Positions 38,075 through 46,658 of a DNA stretch of 64,000 bases are shown piece by piece. The stretch comes from an uncultured bacterium. Its GTDB lineage: Bacteria > Patescibacteriota > Saccharimonadia > UBA4664. Both the position numbers and the translations under genes were made by a program. The notes beneath the pieces are model-generated. The model was given only the letters and a program-made list of their open reading frames with translations. It was not told the DNA's origin and searched no databases. Each line of letters starts with the position of its first letter. Within the stretch, counting starts at the first letter, position 1. The stretch is taken from assembly GCA_963720265.1 (NCBI GenBank), contig CAVRET010000002.1, positions 1,006,069 through 1,070,068 of the forward strand, read 5' to 3'.

Positions 38075-38638
38075 TTACTGATTAAGCTGCTTTATTTCCG
38101 CCGCCACGGCCTCTATAGCCGTGGTGCCCTGCTGCATTTCGCTTCCGCCTTGCGTAATTAGGCCAGTATCCATACCGGCTACGCCCGATACACAATCTTG
38201 GGCACCCGACTCCCATGAGGCCAGACCCGTGCTCCAGTTCTTCTCCATGGAACTATCTGGAATTGCCGGGTCCGACTGGGCGATTGTGACTTCAGTCTCA
38301 ACTTGCTGGCAGTCATTGGACGAAGCAGCCATGTTTTCGTTGTTGGCATCCGACCGTAGCTTGCCCAGATCAGTGGCAAGAATGCTACTTACTGGTTCAC
38401 CGTACTTGGTAAACCAAGCATCTACCTGTTGGGTCGTCGAACTTACAGCCGGGGCCGGGGTTGGTGTTGGAGTTGACGACGAGGCCGTGTTGGTACTTTG
38501 CGAGTTGTTACTGGCAGCTCCCACGATCATAAATACGGCCAGGAGTGCCAAAACGACAGTCCATACCGGATGGCGCTGAAACCAGTTTTTCTCTTTAGGC
38601 TGCGGGCTCTCCACGAAGTATCTCCTTGGTAGAGGCAT
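38075..38638 (-). CDS. Membrane-anchored helical secreted protein (passenger)
   Basis: KNWFQRHP and a TM helix, then an S/T/P linker and a helical domain with 2 Cys. Confidence 0.75.
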   Translation of the reverse strand: MPLPRRYFVESPQPKEKNWFQRHPVWTVVLALLAVFMIVGAASNNSQSTNTASSSTPTPTPAPAVSSTTQQVDAWFTKYGEPVSSILATDLGKLRSDANNENMAASSNDCQQVETEVTIAQSDPAIPDSSMEKNWSTGLASWESGAQDCVSGVAGMDTGLITQGGSEMQQGTTAIEAVAAEIKQLNQ

Positions 38639-38671
38639 TATAGCGCAGAAATGAGCGTTTTGGAGCTATGG

Positions 38672-39343
38672 CTAATCGGATTGGATAGGAATTACGTCCA
38701 GCTCCGTTGTTGGTACTTCGGTAATGCCGGACTTGCTGATATGCCAGGCGAATATTTGGCCGCCGATAGTTTGTGGGTAGCCGTCCAGCCTTTGCTTTGT
38801 TACAGATTCTTTCATTGCTCTTTGGATTATCCTAAGAGCCGATTTCGGTGTCAGTCTAACGTCCCTTATTCGTTGGTCGAGAAAATCATCAGCTTGTTTG
38901 TTGTTACCTATGCTGCAGAAGTTCCCCTCGACCAGAGTTACCTTGTAGCCGTTTGCCTCGTCATCAATATGGTATATTTCAACTTCGCCATCTACGCCCA
39001 CTCCTGCTATCAGAAGCTGCATTGATGCCTGGCGGTCGCCTGCGGCTTTCGTCTCATCCACAAGGCGTTTTGTAACACGGGCGGCCTTTCTTGCCACGTC
39101 TTCAACTGAAGCCATCGGATTGCCCTCGCAATAGCCCTGCAAGAACGCATTTATGTTATCAGCTCGCTCCTCGCGCATATAAACCATGGTTCGGCTGAGC
39201 ATTATGCGCTCTGAGACGATGAAAGCTTTGGGGTGCGTATCAAGATATGATAATTCGCCGGTCTCATCGCTGATCCTTTTTGCCAAACCATCGGAGGCAA
39301 CAGTTACGCCGTGACACTGTTTGATGTTTGTTGCCAGTGTCAT
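38672..39343 (-). CDS. Proteasome-beta/HslV/Anbu-like Ntn hydrolase (passenger)
   Basis: Start M-T1-LATNIKQCHGVTVAS-D17; K in DTHPK; LLIAG; SIGN; TIGG. AAAGGA RBS. The longer ORF-track start crosses the TIR. Confidence 0.8.
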   Translation of the reverse strand: MTLATNIKQCHGVTVASDGLAKRISDETGELSYLDTHPKAFIVSERIMLSRTMVYMREERADNINAFLQGYCEGNPMASVEDVARKAARVTKRLVDETKAAGDRQASMQLLIAGVGVDGEVEIYHIDDEANGYKVTLVEGNFCSIGNNKQADDFLDQRIRDVRLTPKSALRIIQRAMKESVTKQRLDGYPQTIGGQIFAWHISKSGITEVPTTELDVIPIQSD

Positions 39344-40131
39344 TGTATCGAGTCGTCCTTTAGGCGCAAGTATTATATCAACATTATCACTTGACGTCAT
39401 GGTACAATCGCCGTGACCAACTATTGCTTGATCGGCCATAATATGCTATAAAGATAACAAGTGTTGCAGCACTCGCGCTATTGAGAGACGATTGGATATG
39501 GACCTGTGCTATCTGAAAGCATGGCACATGACCTTGCTTTTGCAATAGCTGTATTCCATCTTTCTACATGGATCCCGTGTGTCCCTGGGCTAGACGTATT
39601 GTACTGCCCACGTCTTGCCAACCGGATTGGCTGCCACCTAAAAAGACGCTGTATACGGCTGCTGATAGCATGGGTAGCGGTATTTGTTGTGTCCGACGGA
39701 ATATTTGTTAGTTGTCCTGTGTCGATTCTTTCGCAGGCAATCTACAGGCTGCACTATAGCAGCCAGACCATGAGCCCATCGTTGTTCACGCGGCCTATAC
39801 CAGGGCATCCGCAACTTTGGTGGACGCATCTGTCCCCGTTGACCCTGGTAACATTGACCACGCTTGACTTGACGAGCGCGATTATTTGCCTCGTTGTATC
39901 AACGGTCTGGCCGATCATCACTTCAAGGCGACACCCAGTGAAGGGAGGCGGGGCAGAGTAGACGCGCGGTTCTGCTCGCCCAAGCGGCTCAAGCTACGGC
40001 TTGGACCGCTTTTTGCTTTAGTGGTCACACCTTACGAACATCAAACCCTTTGCCCATCTCGAATTCGAATGATAAAATCACGAAATAATACCTTAACAAA
40101 AGGATAAGATAAGCATAACTATTTTGGTACA

Positions 40132-40170
40132 CCACGGTGTGAGATGTTCGAACCAAAATCCGGGAGACAA
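40132..40170 (+). repeat. Degenerate tRNA-3'-like direct repeat, copy 1
   Basis: CCACGGTGTGAGATGTTCGAACCAAAATCCGGGAGACAA. Confidence 0.7.
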
Positions 40171-40179
40171 CTCGACCGG

Positions 40180-40431
40180 CTATCGATAAACGTCCCGTCG
40201 ATGGCCAATACGAATAACTTCAACTACTAATTGCTTATCCTCAATCGTGTAGATTACACGATAATCACCTAGGCGAATTCGCCAAGCGTTTACGCCTGAC
40301 ATCTTCTTTATACGGTTCGGCCGCGGCAATTCCGCCAAGGAGTCAATGACACTCGATACTTGTTTTAGGCTAGCAGCGGGCAATTTTCGCAACTCTTTGG
40401 CAGCACTCGAACGGAATGTGATTTGATACAT
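40180..40431 (-). CDS. relE: RelE/ParE family toxin
   Basis: AAKELRKL...WRIRLGDYRVIY.I...IGHRRDVYR. Confidence 0.92.
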   Translation of the reverse strand: MYQITFRSSAAKELRKLPAASLKQVSSVIDSLAELPRPNRIKKMSGVNAWRIRLGDYRVIYTIEDKQLVVEVIRIGHRRDVYR

Positions 40432-40437
40432 CCTGCG

Positions 40438-40668
40438 CTAAAGCAGGCCATCTCTAATGAGATCTGCCTTGACCTTGTCCCAAGCAACTAGTGATTCAGA
40501 CTTACGTTCTTCAATCGTCGCAATATCCTGGGCGTCTTCTAATAGCTCAGCCAACTGGTCATTAATTAGCTCTGAGATGGATTTGCCTTGCTCGACTGCC
40601 TCATGTTGTAAATACTTTTTGACATAGGGGTTTAAATATACAGTTGTTCGCTCACTTAGAGACGCCAT
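40438..40668 (-). CDS. CopG/RHH antitoxin
   Basis: RTTVYL...SISELIN...ED..D. Palindrome ATAACGTT-CT-AACGTTAT at 40694-40711. Confidence 0.85.
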   Translation of the reverse strand: MASLSERTTVYLNPYVKKYLQHEAVEQGKSISELINDQLAELLEDAQDIATIEERKSESLVAWDKVKADLIRDGLL

Positions 40669-40723
40669 GATAATGTCCTCGTTTGGGTTGATAATAACGT
40701 TCTAACGTTATAGCGTCAAGACG

Positions 40724-40762
40724 CCACAGTGTCAGATGTTCGAACCGTCCTTCGGGAGCCAA
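40724..40762 (+). repeat. Degenerate tRNA-3'-like direct repeat, copy 2
   Basis: CCACAGTGTCAGATGTTCGAACCGTCCTTCGGGAGCCAA (T-loop-like GTTCGAAC, ending ...GGAGCCA). Confidence 0.7.
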
Positions 40763-40854
40763 AGGACTTATGCTTAGATAGCGGCTTGGTGGAGCCGTTA
40801 TTTTTTGTTGCGTTTGTTACCCCAGTCTGGACGCTCGAACCGTACCATTTGAAC

Positions 40855-41115
40855 TTACTGGGCCTGGAGAATAGCCAGTGTAGCCTTTACAGAAGGGTTA
40901 TCGCTCGGAAGATAGATGATATGCTCACCATACAATTCTTTGAGTGCCCTAAAGAACTCATCTGCCCAAGAAGGCGAGAGCGAGAGCACACCGGTAAAGT
41001 CAATTTGGATTTCTTTTGTGCCTGGATCTAACGTGGGTCGAATCGCTGCAAATGCCTCCCTCCCGGCTGGCCGGGAAGTTAATACATCTCCGAATTTCTT
41101 TAGTTCAATTCTCAT
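40855..41115 (-). CDS. STAS-like (DUF4325-type) protein
   Basis: FG..LTSRPAG...IDFTGV..LSPSWADEF. Confidence 0.8.
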   Translation of the reverse strand: MRIELKKFGDVLTSRPAGREAFAAIRPTLDPGTKEIQIDFTGVLSLSPSWADEFFRALKELYGEHIIYLPSDNPSVKATLAILQAQ

Positions 41116-41117
41116 GG

Positions 41118-41849
41118 TTAATACTCAATTCTAGCTAATACCCCGCGAACATTGCGATCTGCGAGGGTTACTTTTAGTTTCTTGGAATTATTCTTTTCAA
41201 TTGTGGCGATTGCTATGCCCGATTGTAAAGCGATTCCGATTGGATTTTGGATGGCAACCGTACGCACAAACTTAAGCCCATTCCCTCGCTGCTCGGGTGT
41301 CCTACCTGATACAAACTCAGTCATGGCGACGGTCAAAGCTTCGATGTCATCTTTAAGCCCTGGGCGTACTCTCAATAACGTTGATTTAATACCCACCCCT
41401 CGGTCCGCCAACACAATTACTCGCTTATTCAAATCATACCCGAAGAATAGGCCTGGAATATCGGGCCAGTTCCCAAGATTATGATCGAATGAGTTGTTGC
41501 CAATCTCTCCGGCCACGGCAGTTACAAGAGGTGCTGAGCCAGAAGTTCCAGGATCTCGATCTATAAGGCCTGCCATTCGATCGAGTCTGGCCCTGAACCG
41601 ATCCTGCGTATCGGAATAGTCGGCATCAGCGATAGCTGGCGCAACTTCGCTTGCGGCCCAGACTTGAGCCAGGCTAAAGAGTTCGGCATTATAGCGTTCA
41701 AGCATATCTCGGTGATAGTATCTGTGGCCTCCCGGACTTTTTAGTGCGGGCAATTTGCCCGATACATCCCAGCGACGCAGAGTCATCACTGTGACACCCA
41801 GGTACTTGGCGGCTTCACCTATTGAGATGAGGTTGTTATTTTTCGTCAT
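41118..41849 (-). CDS. MerR-type HTH fused to a GHKL/HATPase domain
   Basis: SIGEAAKYLGV...TLRRWD...GGHRYY, then EIGNNSFDH, ADRGVGI and RGNGL. Confidence 0.85.
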   Translation of the reverse strand: MTKNNNLISIGEAAKYLGVTVMTLRRWDVSGKLPALKSPGGHRYYHRDMLERYNAELFSLAQVWAASEVAPAIADADYSDTQDRFRARLDRMAGLIDRDPGTSGSAPLVTAVAGEIGNNSFDHNLGNWPDIPGLFFGYDLNKRVIVLADRGVGIKSTLLRVRPGLKDDIEALTVAMTEFVSGRTPEQRGNGLKFVRTVAIQNPIGIALQSGIAIATIEKNNSKKLKVTLADRNVRGVLARIEY

Positions 41850-42134
41850 GTATAGAAATTACCTCAAAACTATACAATTTGTCAAATATCTATACATTCT
41901 TTATTGATTCCTCGGTATTTGTATACTTTTGGAGAATCTTAGTGCCCCTTTGCTATCTTGCCCTTGAGCAAATAAGTTCTAACGTCGTCCGCTATGCGGA
42001 TCACACGGCGCCAATAGGAGAGGGCGCCCGGGCACAGAGATTTGCATAATGGCAACGTCACTCCATGAGGCTGGTTTAGAGGCGCTACTTTTACTCCAAC
42101 GCCGGCGAGTTCCGGGGATAATACAATCATTGGC

Positions 42135-44024
42135 CTAGCGGGTGAGGAGTCCGCCCCATTCGACGACGGTGAAGCCAGTACGGGCGGGCTTGGTGAAGGT
42201 CTGAGGTTGCATTGAGATGGGGGCAGAGAGGCCCTTGGCGTCGAGGAAGACCCTGATGAGTGTTTGCGGCTGGGGCGAAATGCTAAGCGGTGCCAGCTCA
42301 TTCATTTGAGCAGTGTTCAGCCAGGATAGACGCACATAGGGGGTGGATGGCAAGCGCGGTCCCCAGTACGCTATGAAGTCACTGGCCTCCTTTTGGTTTA
42401 TTCCTTGGGCGGCGAGCTGGGTAAGGATCGTGGATATAGCCTTATTCGTCGGAACGACCGAACCTTGGGTAATGAGCGGATAGGTGCCGTAGCCGGTGCC
42501 CTCCCAATATAGCGATGGGTAGTTTTGGCCCTGGTAGGTGAGATCGCCATTCGGGCGGGCTAACACATTACGCCAGCCGGAGATAGGATAGGCGGGATCT
42601 GAATTTGTTACGTTCGCACCAACGGCCACATTGACGTTTTCGGTATGGGCCGGATACAGGTAGATGACCGGCTTACCGCAGCCACCGTAAGAATACAAAT
42701 CGGAACGCTCATAGAGCACATACTCTCCGAGGCTATTTTTGGCAACGATGACGGCATGATCGGTGTTAATTTGCGACGGTGTGAGGGCGTTGCCAAGCAG
42801 ATTCTGCCCGTTGATCGTGGCAAAGAGTGGGCTGTTTTGGGGCAATTCGTAGATGGTTTCATTGCCCGGGCCAAATCCAGCGTATTCGAGCGAACTCGGA
42901 GAGACGTCCGCTAGTGTCACATACCCATCTGAGCCGCAACCAAACGTCCCGCTCAAGTAGGTCTTGAGATTATCCCCGTCTGTAAACTCAATGGACGGAG
43001 AGTTGGTGGCTGTGAGAGGGTCGGTGGGAAGATATTCGGCTGCAAAGACTCCGCCGACAACCGCGTATATTTCTTTGACGCTGTATGCTGATTTAGATTG
43101 GACAGTTACTTCGTAGTAGGTGGTATCGCCGATGGTACCGAGCTTGGCGATTTGCGAGGAGGGGGTTGACTGGTAGTAGGCGCCACGCAGGCCGGTCAAG
43201 CTCGCAATGAAATAGCCGTCAGGACCAGCGTAGTCGTCCGCCAGGTGTATGGCCAGACCTGAGACGATCGCGTTTTGAGGCAAATCGAGGGCCGCAATGG
43301 TATCCCATGTATTAAGGGTGACGTTTGTCTCAAGCGAATCTTCGGTCTGGTTGATTTGGCCCTTATTGGAGGGGATGCCTGGATTTAATGCGTCGTTGTA
43401 CAGACCTAGAATTTCGTAGCGAGCCGGGGTGGTTTCAATCGCGATATACCAGAACGTCTGCATCGGATGGTCGTAGTTGTAGGCGACAATAACGGGCTGG
43501 TTTTCGGCCGTGAGGCCAATTTGGACATAATGGATTTGGCTAGAGGTTATGGTAGGCGGACAGTCGGCCGTCTCGCTTATGCCGCTGCAATTTGTACCAA
43601 ACATCGCCTCTACACTCGAAGGTTTAAAGAAGTTAAGGTTTGTAAGAGGCACGGCAGCATTATATGTCTGGGCGCTGATCTCATTTGCGGGGGTTGGCGA
43701 ACTGCTTGGTGAAGGCGTGGGTGTTGGGCTCATGGTGGAGCTGGAGGACGGTTGGGGCGTATGGCTGGCCTTATGAGCAGAGGCCAGGTGATACTGCCAG
43801 AGGCCTACCACCAGTAAGAGGACGATCGCAAGCACGCTTATGCTGAGTTCGATCGTCCGATGAATTCGAGATCCTGATGGCTTCGGCGAGGCGGACTTGG
43901 GTGCAACTGCCGGTGGTAATGCCTCGGGCGCAGAGTTTGCTACGACTGGAACATTCACTTTTTTGGCTATTCGTGATTTTGCTGCCTTAGTGGCCTTAGG
44001 GTCGCCTGGTGCATTTGCGCTCAT
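42135..44024 (-). CDS. Membrane-anchored surface protein with a C-terminal KPVIYLYP...VEWGG domain
   Basis: TM helix, S/P/T linker, and CGKPVIYLYP, YWEG, P.TLIRVF and GFTVVEWGG motifs. Confidence 0.8.
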   Translation of the reverse strand: MSANAPGDPKATKAAKSRIAKKVNVPVVANSAPEALPPAVAPKSASPKPSGSRIHRTIELSISVLAIVLLLVVGLWQYHLASAHKASHTPQPSSSSTMSPTPTPSPSSSPTPANEISAQTYNAAVPLTNLNFFKPSSVEAMFGTNCSGISETADCPPTITSSQIHYVQIGLTAENQPVIVAYNYDHPMQTFWYIAIETTPARYEILGLYNDALNPGIPSNKGQINQTEDSLETNVTLNTWDTIAALDLPQNAIVSGLAIHLADDYAGPDGYFIASLTGLRGAYYQSTPSSQIAKLGTIGDTTYYEVTVQSKSAYSVKEIYAVVGGVFAAEYLPTDPLTATNSPSIEFTDGDNLKTYLSGTFGCGSDGYVTLADVSPSSLEYAGFGPGNETIYELPQNSPLFATINGQNLLGNALTPSQINTDHAVIVAKNSLGEYVLYERSDLYSYGGCGKPVIYLYPAHTENVNVAVGANVTNSDPAYPISGWRNVLARPNGDLTYQGQNYPSLYWEGTGYGTYPLITQGSVVPTNKAISTILTQLAAQGINQKEASDFIAYWGPRLPSTPYVRLSWLNTAQMNELAPLSISPQPQTLIRVFLDAKGLSAPISMQPQTFTKPARTGFTVVEWGGLLTR

Positions 44025-44091
44025 GCTTTAAGCATAAGTTGTATGGGACGTGTTCTGCAAATGCACCCCAGCTATCTTTGACACGCCCTTG

Positions 44092-44320
44092 CCCATACAT
44101 GGTAAGCCTAAGATTGTAGTCCTCTAAGCTGGCGTATTGCTTTCATCCATAATGCATTGCCCGCCAGAGATACGCTGGATGGACGAGGTACCTAAGGTAG
44201 TCGGATTTAGTGAGCCATTTCATACGCGAGTATTATAGGAGCGGCTGCGCGCCGGCTGATCGTGGCTATTTTCCCTTACCATTTGGGTTCAACACGCTTG
44301 TGCTCGCTAATTAGTGCCGG
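44092..44320 (+). ncRNA. Candidate rod-shaped ncRNA (6S-like?)
   Basis: Nested complementary segments with G-U pairs: ATGGTAAG/CTTACCAT, TAGTC/GGCTA, AGCTGGCGT/GCGCCGGCT, TCCATAATGC/GTATTATAGGA. TGAGCC-ATTTCATAC and GGGTTCAA recall E. coli 6S RNA. Confidence 0.35.
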
Positions 44321-44367
44321 ATTTTTGTAAAATTGTCTAAAGGTGGGCCGCAGCTAAAAAGGAAGAT

Positions 44368-44712
44368 ATGGCTCCGCCACAGGAACATGAAACAGAATAT
44401 GTTAGCTTACTCGGTACTGGGGAGGATCGGGTGGTTACTCGCTTCCGCAGGCTGGGCAAGGTGGCGATCGAATTTTCAGTTGTATACGAAGCTCTAATTG
44501 GCGGTAAGTGGCGCAAAGTTACCGCTTTCGATAACGCCCATGACTCGGAACCGCATCAGCGTATTTGCCGTATTTCGAGCCCAGAATATAAAGTACTATT
44601 CCCGTGGTTGGATTCGAACCAGGCGCTGACCGAATCCAAACGAATCATCCGCGTCAACTACCAGAAAATGCGCGCAAACTATCTATATACTAAGCATAAG
44701 AGGTTACAATGA
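44368..44712 (+). CDS. Putative toxin of a two-gene module (..FDNAH...H.. motif)
   Basis: FSVVYE..I.G.W..V..FDNAH; ATGA overlap with a small partner gene. Confidence 0.6.
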   Translation: MAPPQEHETEYVSLLGTGEDRVVTRFRRLGKVAIEFSVVYEALIGGKWRKVTAFDNAHDSEPHQRICRISSPEYKVLFPWLDSNQALTESKRIIRVNYQKMRANYLYTKHKRLQ

Positions 44713-44966
44713 TGGCAATGGACAAAGCATTCATAGACAAGAACGTCGAGCTTTCCCTCGAGTTAGACAGTTACCTGGCTGAACATTTTGACTTGTATGA
44801 GCACATTCCTAACGGTGCGCTTGTGATAATTACCGTCAAAGCAGATGACGATTTCAACTCTAAGAGCCTGAGCCTTGTACGCAAGTCTCGCTCGAAGCGC
44901 CCCGTGGTTGAGGCTGAGAAGTCCGGTAGCGTTTGGACGTTGCGCCCTTTGGCGGCTGCCGCTTAG
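44709..44966 (+). CDS. DUF5647-like small protein (putative antitoxin)
   Basis: KNVELS.E.D.YL.EH.....IPNGA.....DD.FN. Confidence 0.6.
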   Translation: MMAMDKAFIDKNVELSLELDSYLAEHFDLYEHIPNGALVIITVKADDDFNSKSLSLVRKSRSKRPVVEAEKSGSVWTLRPLAAAA

Positions 44967-44994
44967 CGCGGATTCACTGATATAGACGTATAAC

Positions 44995-45024
44995 GAGCTC
45001 CCCCGAAAGCGGGGCTCTTTTTTT
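44995..45024 (+). terminator. Intrinsic terminator
   Basis: GAGCTCCCCC-GAAA-GCGGGGCTC followed by T7. Confidence 0.75.
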
Positions 45025-45219
45025 GAAGCCATTCGTATCTTCCAAGCGCCAGACTAGATTCCAATGCTCGTCAGTGACTGCGGTGGCGTAGCATTAAATA
45101 GGCCCCTCCGGTCGCAGGAGTTAAGGTCAGCAGTTTGGCACAGCATTGTCTACGAACGGCGTCCCGTGCAGAGATCCCGAGGTCTGTCCGTCGTTATAGA
45201 AGGCGTCGGCAGAGACATA

Positions 45220-46203
45220 GAACCCATTGCATATCTTTCACCCTTGCGGCACGTCCTGGGCTAGCGCATAGTTTAGCCATAATGAGGGTTCGCAAGGGCG
45301 GCGATGATTAGGTTTGAACCGAGTTCTTGAGTTCCAATAATTTCAGCGGGTAGTATTCCTCTTAAGGAAAACAAAAGGAAAAACTACCCATGTCAAAGCG
45401 TACCTTCTACTTGGTACCGCAACAATACCAATGGCTATCCCAGGCACTACCTGCGCCCGTAGCCAAGACCAAGCCGCCGGTGGCAAACGAAGAGCTACTC
45501 GGTGGTATTTTGTTTGTGCTCAAAACTGGCAGCCGGTGGCAGGATATCCCAACTACCATCTGTCCGCATGACCCCAGCACCTGCTGGCGCCGACTCAGCT
45601 TTTGGCGTGGCCGAGGAGCGCTGGTCGGGACTTGGCGTGAGGTTCTCGGACTGCTCGACCGGCAAGGCAAAGTCGACCTGTCACTCGGCGCGTTAGATGG
45701 TTCGCTCGTCCAGTCACCGGCTTTTAAGGATGGCACTGGTTACTCCGGCAAACACCACCGGACTGGCACCAATATTTCGCTTGTGACTGACAAACAAGGC
45801 TTGCCACTGGCCAACGTCCTGGCTAAAGGCAACCGTCATGACCCGACCAATGCCGAGGCCACTATCCGGAAGATTCGCGTGGGTGCTAAGCGGCGGGTTA
45901 AACAACTCAACGCCGACAAAGGGTACGACTCTCGTACCTTCCGGACTGCCTTACGTAAGCGCGGCATTAAGGCCAATATCCCTGAGCGCATATTCAAGAA
46001 GCGGCGCAAACGCGGCCGCAAGCCCAGTTACGACAAAGCAACGGCCAAATTCCGGGCCTTTGTCGAGCGCACTAATGCCTGGCTAAAATACTTCCGTAAG
46101 TTACGTTACCGGTGGGAACGAAAGAAAAGCATGTTTCAGGCCTTTGTTGATCTGGCCTGTCTGCTTATCTGTTTGCGGCGGGTTGGAGATATGCAATGAG
46201 TTC
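45220..46203 (+). mobile_element. IS5-family insertion sequence
   Basis: 17-bp TIRs GAACCCATTGCATATCT / AGATATGCAATGAGTTC (1 mismatch). No clean TSD. Confidence 0.85.
45390..46199 (+). CDS. IS5 family transposase
   Basis: GILFVLKTGSRWQDIP, LDGS, ADKGYDS and R..VERTNAWLK.FR.L..RWE motifs. Confidence 0.95.
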   Translation: MSKRTFYLVPQQYQWLSQALPAPVAKTKPPVANEELLGGILFVLKTGSRWQDIPTTICPHDPSTCWRRLSFWRGRGALVGTWREVLGLLDRQGKVDLSLGALDGSLVQSPAFKDGTGYSGKHHRTGTNISLVTDKQGLPLANVLAKGNRHDPTNAEATIRKIRVGAKRRVKQLNADKGYDSRTFRTALRKRGIKANIPERIFKKRRKRGRKPSYDKATAKFRAFVERTNAWLKYFRKLRYRWERKKSMFQAFVDLACLLICLRRVGDMQ

Positions 46204-46289
46204 GTAGTCAAAAGAGGCTCAGTTGGGCCTCGATTAGTCTGTGGAAGAAGATCGAACCATTCTATTGGATCGAGTGAAGCGCCTGATGT

Positions 46290-46397
46290 CTTTCTTATGA
46301 GCAGCCCTTAACCCCCATGCGGGTGTCTTTCCCTAGAAGGAGCTTGCCATCCTTATGCGACAACAACAGCGACTCCAACGCTCGGCCTATCATTCAT
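46290..46397 (-). pseudogene. NUDIX hydrolase N-terminal remnant
   Basis: AAAGGAG RBS; MNDRPSVGVAVVV, a frameshift, then HKDGKLLLGK. Confidence 0.45.
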
Positions 46398-46533
46398 CTC
46401 AACTCCTTTCGGCTTTCCAGTAACATACTATGACCAGCCCAAATCCGCTCGACCAGTTCTTGATATAGACCGGCACGATTCACCATAGAATAATTTAAAT
46501 AGTCAAATGCAAAGCTAAAATAATTCATTGCGG

Positions 46534-46571
46534 GGAACCGCAGCTCTCACCGCCGTGAGAGCTGCGGTTCC
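46534..46571. terminator. 17-bp perfect hairpin
   Basis: GGAACCGCAGCTCTCAC-CGCC-GTGAGAGCTGCGGTTCC. Confidence 0.7.
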
Positions 46572-46658
46572 GCCAGTCGCCGACGAGCACGATCGTCAGC
46601 GATCTATGTTATGCGCGCCTGATGGAACCCCCCGTTGGGTGGGGTCCGCGCGGAGATG

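Larger units (their letters stand above)
37095..39412. mobile_element. IS1595-family transposon with passenger genes
   Basis: Imperfect TIRs GGTAATTATACCTTGACATCAAGTAATA and (rc) GGCGATTGTACCATGACGTCAAGTGATA; perfect 8-bp TSD GTGACCAA at 37087-37094 and 39413-39420. Confidence 0.9.

Noticed and set aside
39344-39439. N-terminal 32 aa of the ORF-track call 38672-39439
   Set aside because: It crosses the right TIR and TSD of the transposon. The promoter, RBS and Thr1 logic favour the ATG at 39343.
39506-40107. ORFs 39506-39961 and 39886-40107
   Set aside because: No RBS, motifs or coding-like composition that I can support; probably decayed sequence.
44599-44625. tRNA-like string TTCCCGTGGTTGGATTCGAACCAGGCG
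   Set aside because: It lies in frame inside the 44368-44712 CDS (FPWLDSNQA) and no cloverleaf can be built around it.
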